NCBI GenBank assembly: GCA_946965045.2
Contig: OX337230.1
Span: 682,001 to 746,000 of the forward strand
DNA length: 64,000 nt
Reading direction: 5' to 3'
Source: Epithemia pelagica
Taxonomy: Eukaryota > Protista > Bacillariophyta
Shown: positions 1 to 12,079 of the stretch, in pieces
Layout of the letters: each line of letters starts with the position of its first letter
Position numbering within the stretch: the stretch's first letter is position 1
Notes under the pieces: generated by a model
Databases searched by the model: none
What the model saw: the letters and a program-made list of their open reading frames with translations, nothing else
Told to the model about the DNA's origin: nothing
Translations under genes and position numbers: made by a program

Positions 1-275
1 AAACTCAACGCACATCCGGGTACCCTTGGTCACACAACACGCCACACATTCCCGTCAAATCGCGAAAATTCGGCGAAAATTTGTTGAAACTCGGCGAAAA
101 TTTGTCGGAATCAACGGAAATTTCCAGGAGTCGCACATCACAACACACATCCGGGTATTACATACGTGGTACATACGTGGCACACGTGGTACATCCGGGT
201 TCACATCACATCACACATTAAATAAACCACATCACACCGCACATTAAATAAACATCGAACCAACCAAATAACACC

Positions 276-3200
276 ATGGATCCTCAATCACCCAAGACAC
301 CTACGACTCCTAAGGGAGAAGATAACCAAGACAATGTCTCGGACACAGACCTATTCGACCACATCATATTTACTGTCTGCCAATTCTTTACCAAAGAAAG
401 GGCTGACTACTTAATGAAGTGGATGAAATACCATGGTTTTGAGAACATTACCCATGTTATCTCGTATATGCAAACTAATACCGAGGAATCCATGAAGGAA
501 CTGACACAGTACAAGGTCAACAAACAGACACATGATCTACAAGGCCCCACAAGACAGCAGATCAAGCTCTTGGCTTATTGGGCCATATACAAGACCAATG
601 AAATTCAAGACGAGCTATCCAATAGCGACTGGATGAACCTAACGAGGAAAGAGTTCAACACTTGGAGGATCAACACAGATTTCTCTAAGGGACCACCTAG
701 TCAAGTCCCAGTCTCGCCAATGAAGTCACCGTCATCTGTGAAATCTGTCAGCACAGTTACTGCCGCATCCCAATCTCAACAAGACCTTACAGCATTCAGG
801 AAGGGAACTAAGCGCGACGCAACTGCATATGAGGTATTCAAGGATGAACGATACTACGATTCATTCTGGCGTGTATTCAAGACTACAGCTAAGGCTCAAG
901 GCCTATCCAACGTTCTGAATTTCAAATACACACCACCCCATGATGATGAGTATGCCGAAGAACTTTTCCAAGAGCAACAAGTATTTCTTTACTCTGTTCT
1001 TGTCCGTATCATTCAGACTGACCAAGGTCGAGCCTATGTACGTGAACATGAACATGATGAAGATGCGCGTGCCGTATTGCAGAAGTTACATTCTTTGCAT
1101 ACCGAATCCGACCTAGCAAAGCGAGAGGTCCTCCGTTTAACCAACTACATTTCCAATCTACGTCTTGACGACACATGGCGCGGAACAACACGTCAATTTC
1201 TTCTACACTTTCAAGAGCAGCTACGTTTGCTAGACAATCTAGTGACATTGTCTGATCGCATCCCTGATCATACCAGGATGACCTTCCTCATGCAAGCTGT
1301 AGAAAAGGTACCTGATCTCCGCCGAGTCAAGATCTTGGATAATGTGGTGAACACCAAATCCGGTGCAAAATCCCTTTGCTATCAATCATACTTCCGTCTC
1401 CTTCTAGACGCAGCTTATGACCATGATCAAGCAACCCAGTCATCTGTTCATAGTCGCCGTCGACATGTCAAACAACATGAATCACTATATGGCCAAGATA
1501 CAGATGCTGACATAACCTCACAAGATGATATGGAGTATCATGTCCACAACACCACAGCGACATCTGAATCTCCATCCTCTTTGTCCAAGGTTAGTCTACC
1601 GCGTGACCTATGGTTCAAACTTTCTGAAGAAGATCGCAAGTTGATCATTGAGTATAACAAGATGATTCAAGCACCTTCATCAACAACACCGAGGAAAGTG
1701 CAAACACATGCCCTCGACATTGATCCGGAACCTGATCCTGACCCCAACCAAGTTGCATCTGATGACGACTCACCTGGCGTAGTCCCTGAGCATCCAGATG
1801 ACTCAGATCCGGTTACACAATTTATCAACCAAGCCATGACGACTGATATCAATCACCCGGCAACTGACCTGACTAGTGTTCTTTCTAACGCCAAGTCCAA
1901 GACGAGCAAGAAGGTTACTTTCAAAACCAACATGCATAAACAAGCAGGACATGTTCCACGCTATCTGTTTTCCAGGAAATCTACTTTACCAGGAAATCAA
2001 TTGATTGACCGTGGTGCTAATGGAGGACTTGCGGGTTCTGACATGCGCATCCTTTCTAAGACTGGCCGCCATATCACTATTGTGGGTATTGATAACCATG
2101 AACTCACTGGACTTCCTGTCGTCACATGTGCCGCAAAGTTTGAGACCAATGACGGACCTATTGTCGGCATCTTCAATGAATATGCTTATTATGGAAAGGG
2201 CTTATCTATCCATGCTCCTGGTCAATTCGAGCATTTCGGACTTGCTGTTGATGAACGATCTGTTAAAGTTGATGGTAAACAACGCATCACTACACTTGAT
2301 GGTCGTGCCATACCCCTTCACATCAAGGATGGGTTAGCCTACATCCTTTCCTTGGGTATCCCCAGCGACGATGACATGGATACCTTACCTCAGATCATCT
2401 TCACGTCACCCGACACATGGGATCCTGGTGTTCTGGACCATTCGTATTCTCCCACACCCTCTGACAATGATCCTGATTGGAAACACGTCAAGACTGATGG
2501 TAGTATGTCGAACCATCCATATGACAACTATGGGGAGTACACTGATCGTGTTGTTTGTAACCTCAATCTCCTTTTGGATCTCCCATATGATCATGGACCT
2601 GACGACGCACCCTTCTTTTCTATCTATGCTGACGCAGAAGGTAATGATCCTACACTTCATGCCTCTGTCCACCGTCGTTACCAGGAAGCGTATGACTGGA
2701 AGAAGTTCCGTCCATTCTTTGGTTGGCAATCTGAAGATGTTATTGCCGATACGTTCAAGCACACTACACGTAATGGTAGCATTACTTTTGACCACGACAC
2801 CCTCAAGAAACATTTCAAGGCTCGCAATCCGGTCCTTAATATACCTCGACGTCATGAACCCGTTGCTACTGACTCGGTTTTCTCCGACACCCCTGCTGTT
2901 GACCATGGCGGTAAAGTCGCACAAATCTTTGTTGGTCGAGATACTCTGGTTACTGATATCTATGGGATCAAGTCAACCAAACAGTTTGTCAATACTCTCC
3001 AGGATAACATCCGGTTTCGTGGTGCCATGGAGACCCTTATCAGTGATGGTGGTTCATCTCTCATCTCTCAAAAGGTCAAAGACATTCTTCGCACTTTGCT
3101 TATTGGGGAGTATCGATCTGAACCTTATCATCAACACCAGAATAAGGCTGAAAACCGTTATCAGACCGTTAAACGTATGACCAATGCTCTCATGAATGCC

Positions 3201-5963
3201 ACTGGTTGCCCTGCCAACACCTGGCTTCTTTGCCTTGAGTATGTCTGTGACTTATTGAACCATACGTCATCACCCACCCATTCCGGTCGCACTCCTCTTG
3301 AGGCTCTCTCCGGACGCCCACCCGACATTACTCATCTCTTGTTCTTTCCTTTCTGGGATGAAGTTTACTACCGTGTCGACCCCGCTGAACCCAATTCTGG
3401 TTCATATCCATCTTCTTCTGATGAGAAACTTGGCCACTGGGTTGGTTTTGCTCACAACGTTGGTGATTCTTTTACTTGGAAGATTCTCACCCAGGATAAC
3501 CAGATCATCTACCGTTCTGCCGTTCGCCGTGTTGCATCCACTACACCTAACCTACGTGTGGATCGACCTTCAGGGGAGGATTCGTCTGAGAAGGATGACA
3601 ATGATAAGCAAGCTGATACTGTCTTCATTCGCAGTAATAGTGAAGATCCATCCAAACCAATGCCCACGATCGATTTTGACGACATGATAGGACGCACATT
3701 CCTATGCGACACAGAAGAAAATGGGGAGCGACACCGTGCACGTGTCATCAAACGAGTCATTGATCTTAATGAAGAAGCAACGAAACAGGAAGAACGTGTC
3801 AAGTACATCTACCGAAAGACAAATTCTGATGTTGATGAGATGATATCCTATAATCAACTCATGGAGTATATCGAACGAGATAACCAAGCTCAAACCTCTG
3901 GAGATAATCTTTTCAGGTTCAGGGATGTCATTGCCCATCAAGGCCCACTGAACACAACTGATCCAGATTACAAGGGGAGCAAATATAATTTGCTTGTTGA
4001 TTGGGAAACTGGGGAGACTACCTATGAACCTTTATCACTCATCGCCAATGATGATCCGATCACTGTAGCAATTTATGGAAAGAAACATGGTTTACTCAAC
4101 GAACCTGGATGGAAGCATTTGAAACGTTATGTCAAAACAAGCAAACGTCTCATTCGAGCAGCCAAACAGTCAAGGATTAAACAAGTTCACCATTCCGTCA
4201 AGTATAAGTTTGGATTTCAAGTACCACGCAATTATGAGGAAGCTGTCGCTCTTGATAAACAACATGGCAACACAAAGTGGCAGGATGCAACAGAATTAGA
4301 ATTGTCACAGATCCAGTCCTACAAGACATTCAAGGATTTTGGGAAAGCCATCTTCATTAAAGGGAAAGTATCCAATGCACCTGAAGGATATCATAAGATA
4401 CGTGTACATCTTGTCTTTGACGTAAAACATGATGGACGACATAAAGCAAGACTTGTCGCAGATGGACATCTCACAAAAGAACCTGTTGAGACAATCTATT
4501 CAGGTGTTGTTTCCATTCGCAACCTCCGCATTGCCTTATTCCTGGGTACTTTGAATGACTTGGAAATATGGGGAGCAGATATTGGAAATGCATATCTGGA
4601 AGCCTTGACAGGGGAGAAAATTTTCATTGTCGCAGGACCTGAATTCAAGGAATTAGAAGGTCACATCCTGATTATATACAAGGCACTTTATGGATTGAAG
4701 TCATCAGGCGCACGCTGGCATGATGTCTTATTCGATGTTTTGACAGACATGGGATTTTCACCAAGCAAAGCAGATCCGGATATCTGGATGAGGAAAGCAC
4801 CTGGAGAAGACTGTTACGAATACATTGCCGTATACGTTGATGACTTAGCCATTATTTCTACTGATCCTGGGAATATCTGCAAGATCCTGAAGGAGAAATA
4901 CAACTTCAAACTCAAAGGAGATGGACCTATTGATTTCCACTTGGGATGTTGTTACACCAAGGATTCTGATGGAACATTAGTAGCAGATCCAAGACGCTAC
5001 ATTGGTAAGATGATGGACACTTTCGAACGAATCTTCAAGGAGAAACCCAAGAAAGCCAAAACACCTCTTATTGGTGGAGACCATCCTGAATTGGATGATT
5101 CTGAACTCCTTGATGAAGAAGGTACTAGCCATTTCCAAACTCTGATTGGACAACTCCAATGGGTGATCACTATTGGTCGTTTCGACGTCTTCACCGCTAC
5201 AATGACGCTATCACGCTTTCGTGCTGCTCCGAGGAAAGGACATCTTGATAGAGCCAAGCGTATCTATGGATACCTTGCACATCTCCCAGAAGGCGCAATC
5301 AGATTTAGGATTGGAGAGCCTGATTATTCAAGTCTTCCTACCCAAGAATTTGATTGGACTCGCACTGTCTATCCGAATGCAAGTGAACGTATTCCTGAAG
5401 ACTGCCCAACACCTCTTGGCCGCTATGTTACCACAACTCATTATGTTGATGCCAATCTCATGCATGACATAGTCACTGGTAAATCCGTCACTGCTGTTCT
5501 ACATTTGTTGAACGGAACACCTATTGACTGGTACAGCAAGAGACAGAGCACGGTGGAAACTGCTACCTATGGATCCGAGTTTGTGGCTGCAAGGACAGCA
5601 ATAGATCAGATTACAGAATTACGACATTCTCTCCGCTACCTTGGAGTACCTATCCGAGAGCGAAGTTACATGTACGGAGATAACAGATCTGTTGTGCTCA
5701 ATGCAACCGTCCCTCATTCCATACTATCCAAGAGACACCATCTTCTGTCATACCACCGAGTTCGTGAAGCCATCGCAGCAAAGTATGTTGCATTCTACTG
5801 GAAAGATGGAAAGACCAACCCTGCCGATATCCTTAGCAAACATTGGGATTTCGTATCTATTTGGCCCATGCTCAAGCCATTGTTGTTTTGGAAAGGAGAA
5901 GTTCAAGACCTCAACAAATCCAATGATGACAAGGCTGAAACGACGAGTTGTGGGGAGTGTTAG
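276..5963 (+). CDS. Copia gag-pol polyprotein, 1895 aa, uninterrupted
   Basis: Protease LIDRGANGG; integrase TDSVFSD / ISDGG / EPYHQHQNKAENRYQTVK; RT HKARLVADG, DIGNAYL, KALYGLKSSG, YVDDL; RNase H YVDAN, TYGSEF, YGDN, NPADILSK. IN precedes RT, the copia order. Confidence 0.97.
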   Translation: MDPQSPKTPTTPKGEDNQDNVSDTDLFDHIIFTVCQFFTKERADYLMKWMKYHGFENITHVISYMQTNTEESMKELTQYKVNKQTHDLQGPTRQQIKLLAYWAIYKTNEIQDELSNSDWMNLTRKEFNTWRINTDFSKGPPSQVPVSPMKSPSSVKSVSTVTAASQSQQDLTAFRKGTKRDATAYEVFKDERYYDSFWRVFKTTAKAQGLSNVLNFKYTPPHDDEYAEELFQEQQVFLYSVLVRIIQTDQGRAYVREHEHDEDARAVLQKLHSLHTESDLAKREVLRLTNYISNLRLDDTWRGTTRQFLLHFQEQLRLLDNLVTLSDRIPDHTRMTFLMQAVEKVPDLRRVKILDNVVNTKSGAKSLCYQSYFRLLLDAAYDHDQATQSSVHSRRRHVKQHESLYGQDTDADITSQDDMEYHVHNTTATSESPSSLSKVSLPRDLWFKLSEEDRKLIIEYNKMIQAPSSTTPRKVQTHALDIDPEPDPDPNQVASDDDSPGVVPEHPDDSDPVTQFINQAMTTDINHPATDLTSVLSNAKSKTSKKVTFKTNMHKQAGHVPRYLFSRKSTLPGNQLIDRGANGGLAGSDMRILSKTGRHITIVGIDNHELTGLPVVTCAAKFETNDGPIVGIFNEYAYYGKGLSIHAPGQFEHFGLAVDERSVKVDGKQRITTLDGRAIPLHIKDGLAYILSLGIPSDDDMDTLPQIIFTSPDTWDPGVLDHSYSPTPSDNDPDWKHVKTDGSMSNHPYDNYGEYTDRVVCNLNLLLDLPYDHGPDDAPFFSIYADAEGNDPTLHASVHRRYQEAYDWKKFRPFFGWQSEDVIADTFKHTTRNGSITFDHDTLKKHFKARNPVLNIPRRHEPVATDSVFSDTPAVDHGGKVAQIFVGRDTLVTDIYGIKSTKQFVNTLQDNIRFRGAMETLISDGGSSLISQKVKDILRTLLIGEYRSEPYHQHQNKAENRYQTVKRMTNALMNATGCPANTWLLCLEYVCDLLNHTSSPTHSGRTPLEALSGRPPDITHLLFFPFWDEVYYRVDPAEPNSGSYPSSSDEKLGHWVGFAHNVGDSFTWKILTQDNQIIYRSAVRRVASTTPNLRVDRPSGEDSSEKDDNDKQADTVFIRSNSEDPSKPMPTIDFDDMIGRTFLCDTEENGERHRARVIKRVIDLNEEATKQEERVKYIYRKTNSDVDEMISYNQLMEYIERDNQAQTSGDNLFRFRDVIAHQGPLNTTDPDYKGSKYNLLVDWETGETTYEPLSLIANDDPITVAIYGKKHGLLNEPGWKHLKRYVKTSKRLIRAAKQSRIKQVHHSVKYKFGFQVPRNYEEAVALDKQHGNTKWQDATELELSQIQSYKTFKDFGKAIFIKGKVSNAPEGYHKIRVHLVFDVKHDGRHKARLVADGHLTKEPVETIYSGVVSIRNLRIALFLGTLNDLEIWGADIGNAYLEALTGEKIFIVAGPEFKELEGHILIIYKALYGLKSSGARWHDVLFDVLTDMGFSPSKADPDIWMRKAPGEDCYEYIAVYVDDLAIISTDPGNICKILKEKYNFKLKGDGPIDFHLGCCYTKDSDGTLVADPRRYIGKMMDTFERIFKEKPKKAKTPLIGGDHPELDDSELLDEEGTSHFQTLIGQLQWVITIGRFDVFTATMTLSRFRAAPRKGHLDRAKRIYGYLAHLPEGAIRFRIGEPDYSSLPTQEFDWTRTVYPNASERIPEDCPTPLGRYVTTTHYVDANLMHDIVTGKSVTAVLHLLNGTPIDWYSKRQSTVETATYGSEFVAARTAIDQITELRHSLRYLGVPIRERSYMYGDNRSVVLNATVPHSILSKRHHLLSYHRVREAIAAKYVAFYWKDGKTNPADILSKHWDFVSIWPMLKPLLFWKGEVQDLNKSNDDKAETTSCGEC

Positions 5964-6740
5964 AATTCTCACCGTCTATGGTGGTTAGATTCTACATCTC
6001 ATCGATTCCTCATGTCACATAGCCTCGTGCTATCGCATCATGCCATCTAGCTTCGAGCTATGTTCCCTAGCTTCGCGCTATATCGACCTATATTTCTTCG
6101 CAAATCATGAAAGGTGAGAATAGATTGACGAACTCACTCTCAAGACTAAACTGGGTCGTGCGGTATTACAACGGACGTAAATTTGGCCGTTGCTCGGACA
6201 TTATACTAACGCCCTAAGCATACGCGCCCAAAATCATCGAGCGCGCCCAAGCGACATCCGAGCGCTGTCGGCATCTATCCGACCCAACGGTCTAAGTATC
6301 CCAAGCACGACACACGATCACGCGAGACCATATTTCCATTCCCACAATCTCCAAATTGTCAACAAGCTGCGCGCCATGAAAACAACTATGCCAACCCAAA
6401 GCAAGAGCTGTTGACCCTGTATATGTTATCCACCCACATATACATGTCATATACATCACATGAATCGACTCCAACTATTCCAAACCTGTTGCCGCCAAGA
6501 ACCTATGACACATGACCCTTGGCAGGACCGAACATTTCACGTAGACCTATCGTAGTAATCAACACACAATCTAACAATATCACCATTTATCACATCCTCT
6601 TTTGTGTCCCGACTATCCTTCTGATAGACTTCGACTTGCTTGCTTCTCTGACCCTGAGAAGCTTGTATCGGTTGGTGACCTACCTGATTGTCTGCTCTAC
6701 CGAGCATCAATGTCCCTACGATTCAGAAAGAATTGTAACA
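5958..6740 (+). repeat. 3' LTR of copia copy 1 (783 bp)
   Basis: Starts TGTTAGAATT after the PPT and ends AATTGTAACA. About 11 substitutions seen versus the LTRs at 12080-12862 and 19681-20463. Confidence 0.97.
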
Positions 6741-9245
6741 GGCTGTTTGTGTCAGCAGACGAGGATAGGCCGCCACCGCTGCCTGTTGGTATCCGAGTCC
6801 CCCGAGTCGTTGTGGAATCGTGGCGATGAGTGCTGAGGACGTGGAGATTTCATTTTCTGGTAGGGAGGTGAGTTTTGCCAGGAAATTTGTTATCAGTTGC
6901 TCGGTCTGTGTTGTTGTTGGACTGGACCAGAGGGTCGTTCTTTGGTTGGTCTGCTTATATGCTAAGTTGATATCGGTTGGTAGCAGATGCAGGATTGATG
7001 ATACCATCGTGAATTTAAAGAGATTGTGCTGGGTTTGGAGGTCGTTGAGTTGGAGAAGGCAATTCATTTTGTGTTGCATGCCTTGTAATTTTTTGTTGAT
7101 GTATTGTCGTGCAAAGGCAGTGGATCCGATTGGTTGACCAAGGAATCTCACGCCGCTTGTTATTTCTGCTTTTGAGGGGTCATCAGGCGACAGAAACGAT
7201 AGTGCTTGTTTGAGGCTGTGTGTTTGTTTCTCGTCCAGGTTGGACGGGGAGTGTCCTTCGGTGGAGGTGAGGATGGTCGTTTTTGATTTGTTTAAAACAA
7301 TTCCTAGGGGTTTTCCAAGCTCTTCAAATTGGTGAAGAAACCATGGTATGTCACAGTGTGGCAGGCATACCGATGTATCATCCATGATGGATGCGGTGTG
7401 GCCGATGCCGCCCATTCCGTCGTCGTTGGGGTCGTTGTTGCGCAGTCTGAGTTGTGCTCTTTTTGCTTACTCGTTGTTGAGTTGGTTGGTCAGTGCTAGT
7501 AATACCAGGCACGAGAAGAGAGGGCTGAGTGGGCAGCCTTGTGGAAACCCTTCAGTTTGTGTGAGGTAGTTGGCCGCTTTGTTGTCATCAAAGTACCATT
7601 GGTTGCAGGTATGTTTGGTTAGCAGGTCGAAAAGGGGGACCAATTGTGTTGTCGCTTCGTTCTCTAACAAAATCTTTCTTGCTTCGGTTCGGCTGACGTT
7701 GTTGAACATGTTTACAAGGTCTAGCATGACGAGAGCCCGGCTTGGAGGTGTTGTTCGTTGTTTGTTTTCGGTTGTGTTGTTGTCCAGATCATGAGTCTTG
7801 TCAATGTATTGTTGAACCACCATTGCGGTTGTTTGGGCCACAAAATCAACCCCCCCGGGTACTTGTATCCCGTATTGTCCTCCTTTCAAGAGGAGGGGGC
7901 GAATGTCGTCTGTGAGATGCACCAGAGCGGCTTTAGCCGCTACTCTTCGTATGGCTGTGCCGATGCCGATCAGTCGCAGTCGTTCCAGGTTTGCCATGTC
8001 CTTGTGTATGGCAAGGAAATAATTGCTTGCGAGGATTTGTTGCATTGTGGTTGGTACTTGTCCTGTCACCACGAGCTGGATCAAGGCTTTTATGTTGTGA
8101 AAGTATGGCCGTGTTGCGTCAGGTGCACTTGTGGTTTTGTATAATGCCATAGACACAAGAGTGTCTGTGCATGTGGCAAACGGTCCTGAGGCCGTGCCTG
8201 GCTTCATTTGTCTGAGCGCTGACTCGAACAGTTTATCTTGTAGTTTCAGGTATTGTGCTGCCGGTGGAGGCATATTTGTGTGGCCGTGAGCTCTTGTCGC
8301 CGGTGTTGGCTGTCGTCTTTCAGGGAAGAGTTCTTTTTGGCATCTGTCGATTTGTGCTGTTGTCAAGGTTGCAGGTGGTGTGTTGGTTGTAAGTCTTTTC
8401 ACTGCTGCTCGGTAGTTGCCTAAGTCTGCCAGTTGTTGTGCCGAGGCTAGCCGCCATGAAGGCAATGGGTCAGTTGGCTGATGTTGTTGTTTGTTTTTTT
8501 GGTGTTGTCGCTTCTTTTTGTTGTTTGTTGTCTTTGTGTTTGGCAACGGTGTTGGGTTCCATATCATGTTATGGAGTTCCTCGATCCTGCCTGATTTCAG
8601 CAGCGATAGTCTTGCTCGGAACGCGTTCGAATGGGTGAGGTGCACTGTGCCCGTTATTGGTGCAAGGAGCAACGGCTCTAGGAGTATTAGCAGTTTCCAG
8701 AATGGGGTGGCATCGATGTCATAGGCGGGTGGCCGTTCGTCTTTCAGAATGGTTGGCGCCAGCGGCGGTGAGGCTTCAAGTATCCAATTGGTCACGTTGT
8801 TGTAGGTTGCATAAAATTCGGCCCTGAGCGGTGGCTTGAGCTTGTGCCAGAGGCTCCGACGAAAGGGCGGTGGAGATAGTTGTAGTTTGTGGATATAAGC
8901 TAGGCTGTTTTTCCAGTTTGCTGTTGTTTCTGGTGTAGAATGTCGGTAGGTATGTAGGACTAAGTCGATGTTCGTCTTTGACCTACTATGTTTTTTTGTT
9001 ACGTGTGTTCTAAGGTGACCTTCAGTGGCGAAGATGGCAGTGGGAGTGTCGCATGTCGGACATGGATGGAGTCCGTATTGGGTGCATAGGGTTGGGGTGA
9101 GGTAATCGGATGGATGGGTTTCATTGTGTTCGGTGATGAGGTGTTGTTTGAGTGATGCTTGGGGGTTGGTTGTCAATGGGGGCACTTTCCACGGGCAGTC
9201 CGGCACGGGACAGTGTTTGGGTGGTTTTTTTGTTGGATTACTCAT
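6741..9245 (-). pseudogene. CRE ORF2: C2H2 zinc fingers + reverse transcriptase; in-frame TAA at 7467-7469; truncated by copia copy 1 before any endonuclease domain
   Basis: CPVPDC...HLITEH and CPTC...HVTKKH; RLIGIGTAIRR, QYGIQVPGG, DLVNMFNNVSR, GFPQGCPLSP, IMDD, GIVLNKSK, RFLGQPIG, PQRLGGLG. Track ORFs 7467-9368 and 6723-7415 are the same frame separated by one stop. Confidence 0.88.
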
Positions 9246-12079
9246 ATGGCCCTTTGGCCCTATCTTCATGCGGGACCACATGGCCGGTGTGCGAGTCGGC
9301 GATGTTGGGGTTGCCAGACTGTACCAAAGTCTGCGCAAACCTCCAAGCATCTTGCGCGTCTGTGTCATTCGTAAATGACTTTGTTTTTTCTAAAAATTGT
9401 CGCATTTCCTCGATGCGGGAAGGGTTGTTGTGTGCAACGTACTTGAAAATGAGTTCAATTTCTTGCATGGTTGTTGCCGAGAATTCGTTGTCGCCCTCTC
9501 CTGGGTCTAGGTTGTCGTCGCTACCAATGAGTGCCCGCGAGTGGTCGTCTGATTCCTCAGTGTCCATCATGTCGTCATTTTTTTGTTCGTCTTCGGTTTG
9601 TTCCGCCAGTGCGGCGAATTGGTTCCGTTTGGCCGGAGGTTTCGAGTCTTCGTTGTCGGAGGTTTGGGCCGCGAATTGGTTTTGGTTTGTTTGGGCTGCC
9701 ACTGTTGTCCAATCTGTTCCGTCGTCGTAGGGTCACTTGCTTCTTCGTCTGTTGGGTGCATAGCGGAGGCGCTACGTTTGTTGGTCGGTGTGCTTTTGGG
9801 ATCATTTGGTTTGGTTGTTGGTGTTGTTGGAACGTCGGCGTCGGTCTCCTCCGTGTTGTCTTCCAGGTTGTTGTGCTTTCGGCGTAGCAGCCGGTTCGTG
9901 AAGGCCAGGAGTCTGTTTGTGTGACTTGATGAGGAAGGAGTTGTCGGGTCTTGGTTGGTGGTTTGTTGTCTCGGAGGTATCGCCGCCACTGCTGCCAGGG
10001 TGGGGAGCAGGATGTTTTCCGGGAAGTCTGGGTGCTGTCTAATCGTGTTGTTGGTTAGCAAATGAGTGTCCGGCGTCTTCCGCAAATATAGAGTGTAGTA
10101 CTGCGTGTCTGGGTCCTCATTGTTGAATTCGGGGAAGACAGCCACGAATTCTCGTAGGTGTCGTAGTCGCTGCCAGTCGCCGTCGGTAGCTTCTTGGTTT
10201 ATCGGTTTCAGTTTGATCCGGACGCAGGCTCCGAAAAATTGGTCAATATCCTTCAGTGCCTCCAACGTTGCCGCTCGATTGGCCTGGCTTGTTGGCATAG
10301 GGATGATTTGGATGTTGTTTTTGTTCCACTTGAGTTCGGTGTTTCTGTTTGCTGCCTGATAGGCGTTATAGCTTCGAAGCAGGGCTTCGAAGTTGTTTCG
10401 CGACGAAGCCGTGATGTAAATGGCCGGGACTTGGCCACGTTGTTTGTTTTTCAGTTCCCCGCTGAACGTTCCTGAGCGGCATCCCACGTGGTTGAAGAAA
10501 TCCAGGTAGTGCAGTTTGCGGGGTAGATGGGGGGTTAGGGTGTTCTGGATGTCGGAAGTGAGATCCAGGGCCGCCCGTCGATGTTTGATTGTTTGAGCCG
10601 GCACACCGACGACAATGCCGAAGGTGTCGCTCGTCCTGTTGTTGCATGCAGGTTGGTACACGTTGATTTGGTCCCAACGGGGGTTAATCGTTGGATTGGA
10701 TTGTTTGGTGCCTGGCCGGAGAACGGTTTGTGAGTCGAATTCGTCGTACACAAAATCGTCGTTGTGGTGTTTGTGCCACATTTGGAGTACGAAACGTAGG
10801 CCTTGCTCTGTAAAAATCTCGGTGTCAAAGACGTCGTTTGCTGGAGCCGGAGAAAGGGTGACATGGAAGGTGGAGGTATGTCCGCTTCCTTTGGTGGATC
10901 TAGTCTGGTTGTCCGACCTGAATTGGCGCGATCCAGATTGCTTGGTCTCGAGAAAGTCCACGGAGTGGACCTGGAGCCACATGGGCTCTTCCCGTTTGCT
11001 ATGATGAAAGAAGACTTCGTTGAGATGCGTCTTCATGGCTTGTTCCGTGAGCCTGGGAAGGGTAGACTCGACTTGGGGGTTTTGGTGGTGGTTCACCGCC
11101 ACATGTAGGTGAATCAGCGTCGTTGGTTCCGGCGACGGGGGACGTTTTGTTCCGGTGTTGGTTTTGAGGTATGGATTCTTGGCTGTTGGGGTGCCTGCTT
11201 CGCTGTCGGATCCTGGTTCGTTGTTGAAGGTGGTGGTGGTATCGTCGTGGTTGGTTTTGTTGTTTGTTGTTGGCTGAGTCTCCTCTTCCGTGTGTCCGTA
11301 AGTGTTTTGTTCGTTTCCGTTTTGGTTGTTGTTGGTGTTGGTTTTCTCCGTGGTTTTGTCGTTGTTGTTGTTGGTGTTGTTTTTGGTGTTTTTCTCATTA
11401 GTGGAGGTGGTGGTGCCTGTTGTTTTCTCGGTGTGGATGTCGGTGGTGGGTTCTTCGGTGGTTTTCTGGTTTGTTTTTTTGTTTTCTTTGTTGTTGTTGC
11501 GGCGATCGGGGGTGATGGCGGTGGTGCTGTGCAGGTTGGTGGCTACGAGGGGGATCGGGCCGAGGGCGGTCAAGTTGCTTTTGGAGCGGGTCTGGCGGCG
11601 GCCGGAGGAGGGCTTCGAATGGACTTGCATCTTCGGGTGCTGGTGGTAGTTTTGCTGGTCGGTTGATGCTTCGGCTGAGAGCTTGGGGCGAAAAACTCGG
11701 TTTTCACTGGTTTTGTGGCCGAGTCCTTTCGGTTGGTTTGTTGGCCGGGTCATTTGTAACTGAGCAATGACTCGTTGAAGGGCTTGATCTAGTTGTCCGG
11801 TCATTCCTGTCGGTGGTGGGCAGATGGATTGCTTGGTGCTTGGTGTCTTGCTGGCCTTGTCGCCGATTTGTTTGGCGGTGGCCCTGGTTGTTGTTGCTTG
11901 GTTCGTCGCTGGTGGCGGGTGTGTGCCTGAGCGGGGGAGTGGAACGTCGACGGTGGAGGTGTCGACGTGTATTTGTTCTTTGTTGTTGGTTTCGTGTCGA
12001 GGGCCTGTTGTTGTTGATCGGCTGTCTGGCAGGGTCATTCTTGGGCTTGGCTTGGTCATTCGCTCGTTTGGTTTGCTGA
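9238..12079 (-). pseudogene. CRE ORF1, 3' part (T/N/K-rich linkers around a globular core); 1-nt frameshift near 9730
   Basis: Track ORF 9567-12218 (first ~46 aa are LTR-derived) plus ORF 9238-9702 in the -1 frame. Joins in frame to 20464-20805 once the copia and one TSD copy are removed (..NSHRFS|KPNERM..). Confidence 0.75.

Larger units (their letters stand above)
1..6740 (+). mobile_element. Ty1/copia LTR retrotransposon (CoDi-type), copy 1; 5' LTR, PBS and extra ORF lie upstream of the window
   Basis: Single gag-PR-IN-RT-RH ORF, purine tract GTGGGGAG (5950-5957) and a 783-bp TGTTA...TAACA LTR. Colinear with the reverse complement of 12080-18819 (position sums constant at 18820, so no net indel). 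Confidence 0.97.
6741..12079 (-). mobile_element. CRE-clade non-LTR retrotransposon, central part (continues at 20464-~20900 and presumably upstream of the window)
   Basis: ORF2 with two C2H2 fingers and CRE-type RT motifs, preceded by a long ORF1. Both ends of this segment abut copia LTRs. Confidence 0.85.

Noticed and set aside
6190-6836. Small ORFs (60-105 aa) recurring in all three LTRs (also 12056-12630, 19634-20231)
   Set aside because: Identical only because the LTR is repeated; several run into flanking DNA; no domain or coding signature.
9567-9735. Programmed -1 frameshift in CRE ORF1
   Set aside because: No in-frame X XXY YYZ slippery site found; a 1-nt deletion in a decayed copy is simpler.
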